A stretch of 64,000 bases of DNA from Promethearchaeota archaeon (GCA_048939995.1 JBHLOY010000012.1:1-64000); one strand, 5' to 3'; counted from the first letter of the stretch, positions 19,263 through 29,434 are shown. Numbers and translations: made by a program. The notes: generated by a model not told the origin, from the sequence alone.

Positions 19263-21677
19263 GTGTTAAGGGATATGAAATCAAAAAACAACAAATTAAA
19301 ATCATTATTATTTATTCTTTTTTTCATGGTTTCGATGGCTTCTATGACTAATTTTATATCGAACATTAAAGCAGATACATATATTCCTGAAGAGAATGAA
19401 TACAATGGCTGGCATTGGGCATTAAGTGAGGGAGACCAGATCTATTTTGAAGCAGAGTTTATTCTGACTAACTATACTACATCCGAAATAGAATTAATGT
19501 TTAGAGATATTTGGATTTATAATATTACAGCTATTGGGAATGTTACTACCGATTGGTTAGGAGTACACTCATTTTCTCAAATAAATGCGACACAATGCTA
19601 TTATAATATAACATCTGGAGAACTAGAAGCATATGATATTCCATCAGAGTTTGCTCTATTTGGATATAATAATTCTGATCCAATTACACATAGATATCGA
19701 GCAGGTCAAATGGGTATGGCTTTAGTTTTACCTTTGAATAGTTCAAATATAGAAGTTGATATTCTAGATGATATTATAAATGAAACGATGTATTATCCTG
19801 CCTCTCAAATGGGGGTTTTTAATCAATTCGATCATTATGAGTCTGATCCCTATCAAAATAGGATTTTGTTCACTAATTCTACGGATGGATATTTTTCAGA
19901 AGCATATTACTATGATAATGGTACTTTAAGAAGTGGAAGCGCATTTTTAATGGCTCAATTTGGTACAGGCCCAATGTTAATAAATGCCACCTTTACTCAG
20001 GTGTTTGATTATAATATAACGGATCAAGTAGAATGGGGTGTTAATGTTGGAGATAATCTTTATTTTGATTGGTATGAGGGTTATGATTGGGGGGGGGATG
20101 CTGATGATTATAGGATGAATATTGTGGATATTTCTGAAGAAATACTCGAAAAATCTAAAAATACCTTTAGTGATAACTTGATTTACATGACATACCAAGT
20201 GGTATATGCTGATATATATGCCTGGAATGGAGCTAATTATATACTTGTTGAATCCAACTATGAAATTGGATTTGCTAATAACTTCTATCCATTGTATTTT
20301 GATGAGTTAAACTTTGAAGCTGGATTTTACGCATTTCTTTATCCAAATAATTTTGCTATGGAGGATTATGAATTTACATTAAATAATAATACTCTAGATA
20401 TTTCTGAATTTATTGTGGATGAAATCTCCTATTCACAAAATACATTTTTTGAAACCTTCATTAGAAATTCTACGAATAATGATTTTGTAAAAATTGCTTT
20501 TGACAAATCGACGGGAATAATTCAGTCAAATTTAATGATTTTTGATGATTACATTTCGTTTATCGAATTAAAACAACAGAGTTTAGTAGATTGGTCCGTT
20601 AATGTAGGAGATGTCCTATACTATAAACAGAATAGTGATTATGTAGTTGATCAAAGAGTAAATATAACAGGAACTTTCACTTTATTTGTTAATTTGACTG
20701 AACTCTACAATCAATTCAGTTCTATGGGAATGCCATTAACCTTTCCCACTTCTCAGCCAGAATTACAATTCTATTCATACGTTGAGGCTAATTTTGAAGA
20801 ATGGGATCCTACTACAGAATCTTGGCATTACACTGGTAATTATCCTCTAGCTATTGCAAATATATATTGGCCTATATCTCCAATGCAATTTGAATTTGGT
20901 CCACCATTGTTAATGCCTGAAAATACTGATAGTTCCGAACTCCTGGAACTATTTAGTGTATATAGTGCTGTTTATGATGAAATTACTTACGGTCCTGGTT
21001 ATGTAATACTCAAAAATTCTACTTTAGATCGATCATTATATTATTACTTTGATGGAGCTTCAGGCAGAGCTACTATGATATATGGATGGACTACCCAACC
21101 GATTCCAGGATCAGAGTGGTCTTATATGTCAATTTACCCAAAATTTTATAGAACTTGTCCTGCGGGTTCTAACTTATTTCAATTACAATCATATTTTCCG
21201 ATGGATATAACAGTAAACGTAGCGTTTAATGTAACTCCTCTTAGTCCTGATGTTGAATATATATATTCAATGTTGCCTTACAACCCTATTAATGAAACCT
21301 TACCTGAAGGAACAGCTTTAGTTTATTTTGATCAATTAACTACTAATTACATATATATTGATGGGAATCTTAGCATGACTATTACACTTCCATCTTCAAT
21401 AGATTTGAGTTCTATTACATTATATTTCTTTGCCTGGAACATTACTGGAACTGAAGAATGGATTCAACCACCTCCAGAATTCTATGACTCTATTATATAT
21501 GATTATAGTAGTAATTCATTTACAATACAAACGCCTTCATGGGGCTCTAGTTCAATTATTTCAGCAATTTCGTATACAGGAGGGGAGGCAATACCCGGAT
21601 ATAATCCTATTTTCCTTTTAATTGGAATGATAGGTATATCAAGTATCTTCTTGATAAAAAGAAAGCGATCTAAATAA
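19263..21677 (+). CDS. cell-surface glycoprotein with three internal repeats and Loki-CTERM-like sorting signal
   Basis: Signal peptide; repeats beginning 'W(A/G/S)(L/V)xxGD..Y'; many N-x-S/T sequons; C-terminal 'IPGY' + TM + KRKRSK. Start may be ATG 19275. Confidence 0.82.
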   Translation: MLRDMKSKNNKLKSLLFILFFMVSMASMTNFISNIKADTYIPEENEYNGWHWALSEGDQIYFEAEFILTNYTTSEIELMFRDIWIYNITAIGNVTTDWLGVHSFSQINATQCYYNITSGELEAYDIPSEFALFGYNNSDPITHRYRAGQMGMALVLPLNSSNIEVDILDDIINETMYYPASQMGVFNQFDHYESDPYQNRILFTNSTDGYFSEAYYYDNGTLRSGSAFLMAQFGTGPMLINATFTQVFDYNITDQVEWGVNVGDNLYFDWYEGYDWGGDADDYRMNIVDISEEILEKSKNTFSDNLIYMTYQVVYADIYAWNGANYILVESNYEIGFANNFYPLYFDELNFEAGFYAFLYPNNFAMEDYEFTLNNNTLDISEFIVDEISYSQNTFFETFIRNSTNNDFVKIAFDKSTGIIQSNLMIFDDYISFIELKQQSLVDWSVNVGDVLYYKQNSDYVVDQRVNITGTFTLFVNLTELYNQFSSMGMPLTFPTSQPELQFYSYVEANFEEWDPTTESWHYTGNYPLAIANIYWPISPMQFEFGPPLLMPENTDSSELLELFSVYSAVYDEITYGPGYVILKNSTLDRSLYYYFDGASGRATMIYGWTTQPIPGSEWSYMSIYPKFYRTCPAGSNLFQLQSYFPMDITVNVAFNVTPLSPDVEYIYSMLPYNPINETLPEGTALVYFDQLTTNYIYIDGNLSMTITLPSSIDLSSITLYFFAWNITGTEEWIQPPPEFYDSIIYDYSSNSFTIQTPSWGSSSIISAISYTGGEAIPGYNPIFLLIGMIGISSIFLIKRKRSK

Positions 21678-21761
21678 TTTCTAATTTTTTTTTTAATTTA
21701 TCTGAAATAGGATAAAAATAGATGGTAATAATTAAATAAAAAAGAATTTAAATAATTAATT

Positions 21762-22088
21762 TTATATTTCGGGCATTTCAAGACCCACAAGCGGCAAGGC
21801 TTCAGCACCTGACATAAAAACTTCGAAATCTACCTTATATCCTTCTATGTCGAAATATTCGAGTATATTCTGATAAAACCGCTTCATATACTCTTTGAAC
21901 TTGCCATCTTTAACTTCAGTAACAGAAATTGCCTTCATTCCCTTTTTTGTTGTTCTTACAGCTACAGGTACAATTGGCTTATCTATGGATCTATCTGTAG
22001 GGAACTTTTTTAAAACTTCAAGGTACTTTTTTCCAACTTCAGTTGACTTGTCTGCTGGAAAGTAGGTTGTTGCCACTACTAAAACCAT
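21762..22088 (-). CDS. small hypothetical protein
   Basis: Clean ORF; GAGGTG SD precedes ATG 22088. Confidence 0.7.
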   Translation of the reverse strand: MVLVVATTYFPADKSTEVGKKYLEVLKKFPTDRSIDKPIVPVAVRTTKKGMKAISVTEVKDGKFKEYMKRFYQNILEYFDIEGYKVDFEVFMSGAEALPLVGLEMPEI

Positions 22089-22331
22089 ACAATACACCTC
22101 TATTTTTTTTTGGTTAATTGGATTAAGCAGTACTGTATGATTATTTCAAATTTATAAAAACTTTTGCAATTTTGTCCAAGTAGAAGAAGTAGGTAGAAAT
22201 ATAATCCCATTTTAGGATAGTATTTAAACCACAATTCTTAAAAAAGCAATTTGTAAAGGATTTTAAAAAAATTGATCAAGATATATAAACTTTTTACTTA
22301 AAAAGAAGATAATATTATAGAAAAAAGCTTC

Positions 22332-22559
22332 TTACATAACATTCTGAACTGCTTTTACCTCGGGTACAAATTGTTTCACAGCTCGTTCAATTCCTTGTGA
22401 AAGAGTCATTTGAGAGTAAGGACAGCCGGCACAATGCCCCACTAATCTAACCTTCACAATTCCATCGTCTGTGATTTCAACTATTTCAACGTCTCCGCCA
22501 TCAGCTTGCAATTGAGGTCTGATTTTCTCTATAACTTGTTTAACTTTTTCTTTATCCAT
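22332..22559 (-). CDS. NifU/NfuA C-terminal-domain Fe-S carrier
   Basis: 'IRPQLQADGGDVE', 'GHCAGCP'. Confidence 0.93.
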   Translation of the reverse strand: MDKEKVKQVIEKIRPQLQADGGDVEIVEITDDGIVKVRLVGHCAGCPYSQMTLSQGIERAVKQFVPEVKAVQNVM

Positions 22560-22796
22560 AATTAATCCTCATATTTTTTGATTATTTCTTAATAATATAA
22601 ATAAAAATTGCTATATAAAACATAGTATAATATTTTATGGAATTTTTTTTCATTAGAATTATCGTTAGGAATGAACTTCTATCCTTAGCTAATAAATTAA
22701 AAACTGAAGGATATTTTGAAAATAAAATCTTTAATTCTATTACTTAAAGGACTAAAAATGCCTAAAAGTAAGCTAGTTCAATATTCTTAATTTACA

Positions 22797-22816
22797 CTTT
22801 GCTTGAACAAGCAAAG
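22797..22816. promoter_or_regulatory. perfect inverted repeat next to TATA box (putative operator)
   Basis: CTTTGCTTG-AA-CAAGCAAAG immediately followed by cTTATAAAA. Confidence 0.6.
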
Positions 22817-22906
22817 CTTATAAAATATTGAAAATTAGAAGCTTTTAGGTATCAATAAATTAACGAAAAATCAAAAGTTGTATTTACTTTATAGGAGAGA
22901 TCTTAG

Positions 22907-24202
22907 ATGAATGAATATGATGTTATTGTCGTAGGAGCTGGATGTGCTGGACCAGCAGCAGCTAAAAAAGCAGCTGAATTAGGATTAAAAGTTTTACTCC
23001 TCGAGAAAGCACAATTCCCTGGTGAAAAAAACATATCTGGGACTTGCTTAAACGGAGCTGCTTTAATCATTCCTGATTTACATTATTTAGTAGAAGGTCC
23101 TATTGAAAGAGTAATACGAGAGATGAGAACCTATCACATCAATAAGGATCGAACAACAATTTTTCATGAAATACCTTCAGAAGGTATTTTACTTCTTTCT
23201 ATTCGAAGAGATAAGTTCGATGCTTGGCATACCGAAAAAGCCAAGGAAGCAGGAGCGGAGGTTAAACTCTCAACAACCGTAGTTGATATAATCGAAGAAA
23301 ACAGCTATATAAAAGGAATTATAACCAATAGCGGAGAAAAGTATTATTCTAAAGTTCTAATTGATGCAGGAGGAGTAAATTCTATTGTGGGAAGAAAAGC
23401 AGGTCTGATTCCAAAAAGAAAAGGCAAAAATATGATATTATATGTCACTGTCTGTGTTCATTTAGGGAAAGAAACCGTTGATGAGCGAATTGGAGAGTGT
23501 ATTGAGTATTATTTATCACCAGGAATTCAATATAAAACATGGCCTTGGATTTTTCCTAAAAAAGATACGGTAACTCTTGGAACTGGTGGATATATGGATG
23601 AGAATCTAATAAATGATGACTTTCCAAATGTAAATAAATACATGGAAAATTTTCTCAATTTACCTTTGGTAAAAGAAAAATTAGAAGGCGGGAAAATCGT
23701 TGCTTGGGGATGCCATTTAGAGTATGATGAAGCCATAGAAAAAAGAGTGAAAAATGGATTAATTTTAACAGGAGAAGCTGGAGGTTTTGTCGTTCCCTTC
23801 TTAGGCGAAGGAATGCCTGAAGCTTTCTTTACTGGAATTTATGCTGCTCAATCAGCGGCGAATGCAATTAAAGCCAACGACTTTTCAGAAGCTAAGTTAT
23901 TTGAAACATATCAAGAACTAATTGCTAGTAATTTCTTTATGCAAGCTTTTCGCCATATTGGTGCTGTAAATAAAGAAACAGCTTTAAGCAAATCTGATGA
24001 GGAGATTACAAAAATGATGCAAAATGTAATAATGGGAGGAGGATTTATTTCAAATGCAATACACACTAAATGGATGAAAGGAGTTGAGGATCAGGACATG
24101 GACCTTCTGCAGGAAGCATATGATTTATTAGAGCTTATACAACCTTACGCAAATGTAGATCCAGATTTTGAAAATTTATATAACGAGAGGGGAAGACAAT
24201 GA
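22907..24202 (+). CDS. FixC/geranylgeranyl-reductase-family flavoprotein
   Basis: 'VVGAGCAG', 'GEKNISG', 'WIFPK', 'GEAGGFVVPFLGEGM'. Confidence 0.88.
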   Translation: MNEYDVIVVGAGCAGPAAAKKAAELGLKVLLLEKAQFPGEKNISGTCLNGAALIIPDLHYLVEGPIERVIREMRTYHINKDRTTIFHEIPSEGILLLSIRRDKFDAWHTEKAKEAGAEVKLSTTVVDIIEENSYIKGIITNSGEKYYSKVLIDAGGVNSIVGRKAGLIPKRKGKNMILYVTVCVHLGKETVDERIGECIEYYLSPGIQYKTWPWIFPKKDTVTLGTGGYMDENLINDDFPNVNKYMENFLNLPLVKEKLEGGKIVAWGCHLEYDEAIEKRVKNGLILTGEAGGFVVPFLGEGMPEAFFTGIYAAQSAANAIKANDFSEAKLFETYQELIASNFFMQAFRHIGAVNKETALSKSDEEITKMMQNVIMGGGFISNAIHTKWMKGVEDQDMDLLQEAYDLLELIQPYANVDPDFENLYNERGRQ

Positions 24203-24459
24203 AAGTGGAAATGAAAGTTGATTATTATCCTGGAGATACGGGAGAGTTCATAAAAGTTGATGAGGAAAAATGTACTGGATGCGGGGACTGTGCTAAATTT
24301 TGTACAAGAGAAGTGTGGAAACCAGATGGGCCTATATATCGCCCTATAAATTTGAAACTGTGTGTTGAATGTGGTGCTTGTTGGAATGTTTGCTCAGATG
24401 ATGCAGTTATATTTGAAGAACCTAAAGGAGGAACTGGAGTTCGCTTCAGTTATGGATAA
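24199..24459 (+). CDS. FixX-like 2[4Fe-4S] ferredoxin
   Basis: CTGCGDC...C and CVECGACWNVC; C-terminal 'PKGGTGVRFSYG' typical of FixX; ATGA overlap. Confidence 0.88.
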   Translation: MKVEMKVDYYPGDTGEFIKVDEEKCTGCGDCAKFCTREVWKPDGPIYRPINLKLCVECGACWNVCSDDAVIFEEPKGGTGVRFSYG

Positions 24460-24467
24460 TTTAGTAG

Positions 24468-24827
24468 GTGATTGAAATGGTAAATCGAGATGAATTAATG
24501 AAAATCTTAGATGACCAACTAAAAAAGTATACACACAAAGATGTAGCACGGCATTTCAAGGACTGGAATAAAACTCTCCAATACTACTTTACTGATATTG
24601 AGGAATATTATGTTATTGAATTAGTTAATGGAAATCCTAAACCAGTTGTCAAAGAAAAGCTAGAAAATCCTGATATTATGTATTCCATGAGTTCAGACAC
24701 ATTCATGGCTCTTAATAAAGGAGAAATAACTGGATTCAAAGCATATCAACAGGGTAAATTGAAAATCAAGGCTACTATGGCAGAAATAATGAAATTACAA
24801 AAACTTGATAAATTAAAAATTGAATAG
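24468..24827 (+). CDS. SCP2 sterol/lipid-binding domain protein
   Basis: 'PDI..SMSSDTFMAL.KGEI....AYQQGKLKIK' SCP2 pattern. Confidence 0.82.
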   Translation: MIEMVNRDELMKILDDQLKKYTHKDVARHFKDWNKTLQYYFTDIEEYYVIELVNGNPKPVVKEKLENPDIMYSMSSDTFMALNKGEITGFKAYQQGKLKIKATMAEIMKLQKLDKLKIE

Positions 24828-24996
24828 TATGAATACTTACTAAAAGTTAATTTTTATCCTAAATTTGATAATTAATATCAATTATAAAGCAGGCGTTCAA
24901 AAATAGATTACTTTACTTTTAGATTTTGAATTGTAAATACTTATAAATTAGAAATTATTAAATTCCAATAACTTAAAAATCAAAACTGAGTTAACT

Positions 24997-25374
24997 ATGG
25001 AATCTAAAGAATTCATGGAGGATTTAAGTAAAGTTCAAAAGCTGATGTCTCAAGAAATGTACAAAGATGCTCTTATATTGCTTGAGAGACTAAAAAAGAT
25101 TGAAAAGCAAGGCAACTTTGATTACAATTTAACTCATAAACTATATCAGTTATATTCTAATGCTCAATCACTTTATAATCAACAAAAAATACTGAACTTA
25201 ATTTCTGAGATCTCTCAACAACATAAGTCAATGAATTTTACCGAGCTTCGAAAGAAATTAAAGGAAAAAGAGCAGATTGATCTTGATGAGCCAAGTTTAA
25301 GAAGAGAAATAGAAATTCTCATTTTACGAGAGCTTTTATTTTGTAAAATCAAGGAAGATAAATTATTCTTTTAA
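24997..25374 (+). CDS. hypothetical protein (helical hairpin plus possible winged helix)
   Basis: ORF with typical codon pattern; fold guess from sequence only. Confidence 0.65.
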   Translation: MESKEFMEDLSKVQKLMSQEMYKDALILLERLKKIEKQGNFDYNLTHKLYQLYSNAQSLYNQQKILNLISEISQQHKSMNFTELRKKLKEKEQIDLDEPSLRREIEILILRELLFCKIKEDKLFF

Positions 25375-25452
25375 GAATTTAATATTAGAGAAATTCTTGG
25401 ATTTTATAAATCTAAATATAGAATCAATATAAAACCCAATTATTATCTTAAA

Positions 25453-26058
25453 ATGATAATAAATTCACTTGAACGTTCGATACAAATTAAAGTCTGTTAT
25501 TATGGACCTGCAATGTCCGGGAAGACAACTACACTTAAATCTTTATTCAATCATTTTGGAAAAAAGAAACTGGTCGAAAGTATTGAGACATCACATGAAC
25601 CCGCGAAAAGAAGGACTCTATTCTTTGATTATGGAACAATAAGCTTCCAGAACCAGGAATGGATGCTGAAAGTTCATTTATACTCAACTACAGGTCAAGA
25701 TTACTATATAATTACCCGGCCTGCTACACTCCAAGGCGTTGATGGCATAATATTCGTAGCAGATTCTCAAAGAGATGTATATGACCGAAACTTGATTTCA
25801 TGGAATGAATTAGCTACTTATTTTGGAGATGCTATTTCAAATATGCCTAAAGTTATGGCATTTAATAAACAAGATCTGCCTGAAAAGTTCAATCCGAATA
25901 TTTTTCTGCACCAGATTGATTACTATAAATTCTCAAATATTGATGTAAAAAAGACGATTGCGATTAATGGAGAGGGCGTTTTGGACTCCTTTGAGGAAAT
26001 AATAAGTTTAATCTTTAAAAATTTGTATAAGAGTCAGCTTGTATCAGTATTTCAATAA
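25453..26058 (+). CDS. MglA-like small GTPase
   Basis: 'KVCYYGPAMSGKTT', 'RTLFFDY', 'LYSTTGQ', 'DGIIFVADSQ', 'NKQD'. Confidence 0.88.
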   Translation: MIINSLERSIQIKVCYYGPAMSGKTTTLKSLFNHFGKKKLVESIETSHEPAKRRTLFFDYGTISFQNQEWMLKVHLYSTTGQDYYIITRPATLQGVDGIIFVADSQRDVYDRNLISWNELATYFGDAISNMPKVMAFNKQDLPEKFNPNIFLHQIDYYKFSNIDVKKTIAINGEGVLDSFEEIISLIFKNLYKSQLVSVFQ

Positions 26059-26125
26059 TTTTTGTTATTTTTACCTTTTTTGCAATAACTATAAAGAAAT
26101 TATACCAAGTTAGATTAAATTATAA

Positions 26126-26929
26126 TCATAATCGTAGAGTTTTTGGATTAACAGTCTCAGTTTCTCCAAAAGTTGGGATAATCCACATATACATTACATA
26201 GTTTAGCTTTTTATAGAGTGGTCGAGCAAAGTTACTATGACCTAGACTTCCAGGGAAAAAGAGGCCATCTCCATTAGAAAGGTTTTTACAAACTGAATCT
26301 CCTTCTTGATTAATTAAGTATTGAGTAATAGCGTACTTATCATCATCAATACACATAATATATACTTCAGGATATTCGGGGTGAATGTGTGAGTAAATCT
26401 CAACATTATTATCCGCGTTTAGCTCAAGATTCACGCTAGTTATAACTCCACATCTAAGGGACTCATTAGGAATTTTTGTAAAACCAGACATAAAAAAAGA
26501 ATTTTTAATTGCTGTCCATACAGTTCTATATGTTGTTATATTTCCTTTAGAGCCAAATTCTCCTCTTGGTAAAAACTTCTGTGGGCTATACGATTTAACT
26601 ATAAATTTAAAATTAATAATTTTATCCGTTTTATATCTACATACACATAACTTAGAAAATTGAGGTTTGTATGTAATTTTAACTTCGGTTTCTGGTGGCA
26701 TCAAAAAAAAATCAAACTGTTGTAGGTCATAGGATTCATTTTTATATCTTAATTTAACATTTCCAGATAGTAAGCAACCATTAAGAATTTCTTGAGAATT
26801 AGTTTTAATAGTGAGATCTCCATTCAGATAAAAATATTGTATTTTTGTATTATTTAATTTTCTTTCAACAAAACTCTCTTTAGGGTCTTCGAAAAAATAC
26901 GAAAGCATTTCTGTTGTAGAAGCAGGCAT
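26126..26929 (-). CDS. cupin-fold protein (KduI/IolB-like)
   Basis: Beta-rich, 'HIHPEYPEVY' plus a later His metal motif. Confidence 0.6.
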   Translation of the reverse strand: MPASTTEMLSYFFEDPKESFVERKLNNTKIQYFYLNGDLTIKTNSQEILNGCLLSGNVKLRYKNESYDLQQFDFFLMPPETEVKITYKPQFSKLCVCRYKTDKIINFKFIVKSYSPQKFLPRGEFGSKGNITTYRTVWTAIKNSFFMSGFTKIPNESLRCGVITSVNLELNADNNVEIYSHIHPEYPEVYIMCIDDDKYAITQYLINQEGDSVCKNLSNGDGLFFPGSLGHSNFARPLYKKLNYVMYMWIIPTFGETETVNPKTLRL

Positions 26930-26956
26930 AATTTTCCGGTATTAAACTATTAATAT

Positions 26957-28165
26957 TCAGAAGAAACCAGATGATACAGGAGATTGTAATCGTATTAGTT
27001 TCTGGCTATTATCTTCTAATATAGTGATTAAGGCTGAAATATCTTGTTTTGTTCTAAAAATTACTTCTTTTTCTTCATTAATTTTCCAAATATTAAAACC
27101 AGTTAAATTAGGAGCAGTCTCGAATAGACCTTCTTGAAGTCCAGAAATTCTCACTGTAACTCCTTTTAGATTTTCTTTTGAAATATTTTTGATTTTGACC
27201 TTATATTTCTCCAAATCAGAGTCTATTGAGACTACCTTATAAGTTTTCTGAAATTTAGAGGAAATTCCATCAAATAAAGTAGGGGCTGCTGATGGTGTTC
27301 CAGAGAATAAATCAATTTCTTTCTTATTATCTCCAGTTGGTTTTGAAACTATTGTTATTGGAAGTTCAAAACTGATTGGCTCACGGCCATATTCGAATTT
27401 TGTTTTTCCAATGATTAATAATGAATATTGTGTATAATCTCCGAATTTAAATCCCCAGTACTCTTTTTCAGTTGGTTCCCATAGGTAATTATGAGAAGGT
27501 TCAGCAATTTCCGGAACTTTTAATAATAAAAATCCCTTTTCAATGTCTGAAGTTTTCGCATCACCAGCAATCGCAGGAGGTAGCTCTTCCACCTTTCTAC
27601 ATTTTTGACCATATGTATCACAGAAACACACTAGATTTGATTTTTGTAAAAGCCGTACCTCGATATGTTTAAGTACATCAGATGAAAAGCTAACTTTAAT
27701 TGTTTCTCCTGGTTTAAACAAATCCTTACTAAGGAGCACATTAAGTCCAGAAATTGAAAAGGAAATAGGGTTAGATTGTTTTCGTTGAGCAACTGAATCT
27801 CGTGATCTTATTTCTACTTTTTGTGTTCTATTAATAACTAAATCATCATCTGGATCAGTAGGATGTGGTTGCCTAACAATTAATTTGAGTTCATATTCCA
27901 AATTACGATTCTTGATTGTCGGTACTACATTAGTTTTTATTAATAGAGAGCGTTCTCTAGTATATTCTCCAGCCTCAAAATGGCCCTTTGAGAAGATTTC
28001 TTCTTTTGAGATTTGTAATTCCTTTACGCAAGGTGGTTGTGTGATTAATTTAATCCCAGCCCATAGAATAGATGTATCCTCTTCAAATTTGAAATTAGTT
28101 CTCACATTAAGTTTATCTCCTATAGAAACCGAACCGTTATTTAAATCTTGGAGCTCTAATTTCAT
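26957..28165 (-). CDS. arrestin-like beta-sandwich protein with C-terminal Ig-like domain
   Basis: Alternating beta patterns, 'VPT......YELK' arrestin-N-like end, second sandwich 'DLFKPGETIKV'; fold is inferred. Confidence 0.55.
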   Translation of the reverse strand: MKLELQDLNNGSVSIGDKLNVRTNFKFEEDTSILWAGIKLITQPPCVKELQISKEEIFSKGHFEAGEYTRERSLLIKTNVVPTIKNRNLEYELKLIVRQPHPTDPDDDLVINRTQKVEIRSRDSVAQRKQSNPISFSISGLNVLLSKDLFKPGETIKVSFSSDVLKHIEVRLLQKSNLVCFCDTYGQKCRKVEELPPAIAGDAKTSDIEKGFLLLKVPEIAEPSHNYLWEPTEKEYWGFKFGDYTQYSLLIIGKTKFEYGREPISFELPITIVSKPTGDNKKEIDLFSGTPSAAPTLFDGISSKFQKTYKVVSIDSDLEKYKVKIKNISKENLKGVTVRISGLQEGLFETAPNLTGFNIWKINEEKEVIFRTKQDISALITILEDNSQKLIRLQSPVSSGFF

Positions 28166-28368
28166 AATTTTAATTAGCTTATGAGCTTATGAAGTTCACT
28201 ATATTATAATCAATAGTTGAATTTTCTTAATATATATTATTAATTGCTAAAAAAAATAGAAGTTCTGCTTTTATTATTTATGATTTCTTTCATTTTTAGA
28301 AAGATAAATAGTGAATTACATATTCTATCACTTAATAAGAAAACATCAGATAAAAAATTAGAATTAAC

Positions 28369-29070
28369 GTGATACAGTACGAATATAAAGCAATCCTATT
28401 TGACCTAGATGGAACTCTGATTGATGTAGACTTGAAAAAATTTATTCCAAATTACTTAAAGCTTTTAGCAAATAGTATTTCCCATTTAGTCCCTCCAAAC
28501 AAAGTAATTCCTAAAATTTTAAAAGTTTCAGAGGAAATTAATCAAAATGACGGAAAAATTACCAATGAACAAATCTTTATTAATAAATTTTTTCCGATAG
28601 AAGGCTTTAATCAAGAAGAAATTCAACCATTGTTTGATAATTTTTATGAAACTAAATTTTCAGAATTACGTCAATACACCATTAAAAAACCTGAAACACG
28701 AGCATTAATGCATAAGGTATTTAAAAAGGGATACCAAGTAGTCATTGCAACAACCCCTGTACTTCCTTTGACAGCAATCCAGCAAAGACTTGATTGGGCT
28801 GATGTTGGAGACTTTGAATACAATTTGATTACTACTATAGAAAATTCTCGAGCAAATAAACCAAATCCTATTTATTATAGACAAATTATAGATTATTTAG
28901 GACATTCTGCAAAGGATTGCTTAATGGTTGGTGATGAAGATAAAGATATGGCAGCTAAAAATATTGGATGCCAAACTTTTCTAATTTATAGTTCTAATAC
29001 GGATGTAAATAACGAAACTCCCAAGCCTAATTACACTGGAACTTTAGAAGATTTAATTAAAATGCTCTAA
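28369..29070 (+). CDS. HAD-superfamily hydrolase
   Basis: 'FDLDGTL', 'KPNP', 'MVGD..KD'. Confidence 0.92.
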   Translation: MIQYEYKAILFDLDGTLIDVDLKKFIPNYLKLLANSISHLVPPNKVIPKILKVSEEINQNDGKITNEQIFINKFFPIEGFNQEEIQPLFDNFYETKFSELRQYTIKKPETRALMHKVFKKGYQVVIATTPVLPLTAIQQRLDWADVGDFEYNLITTIENSRANKPNPIYYRQIIDYLGHSAKDCLMVGDEDKDMAAKNIGCQTFLIYSSNTDVNNETPKPNYTGTLEDLIKML

Positions 29071-29092
29071 TCTTAATTAAAAAATAAAGATA

Positions 29093-29248
29093 TTATTTAA
29101 GATAACTCACTCTTCTTACTTTTTTAACTTGTTCTTCTTTAGAGGGATCAAGGAGTTGCTCATGGTTCTTCTCAAGTTTAGATTTTACACATTCTTCGCA
29201 ATATTTCAACCAAATTTCAGAATTTTTTTCTGGTTTTCGATTACTCAT
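29093..29248 (-). CDS. 51-aa small protein (not in ORF track)
   Basis: ATG 29248 to TAA 29093: MSNRKPEKNSEIWLKYCEECVKSKLEKNHEQLLDPSKEEQVKKVRRVSYLK; fills an otherwise empty gap. Confidence 0.5.
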   Translation of the reverse strand: MSNRKPEKNSEIWLKYCEECVKSKLEKNHEQLLDPSKEEQVKKVRRVSYLK

Positions 29249-29434
29249 GATATATGCCTTGATTAGGATAATTAGAAAATCTCATTATTCTAACATAGTT
29301 TTTTAATTAAAAACTTTTTTAAAACGATATAATATCTATGGATATGTTACAAAAATTACATATATGAAAAAATTTAAATAAAAATTCTAATGTATGAGAA
29401 AGAGTTGGTTATAAGTAAAAATAATTTTTCTAAT

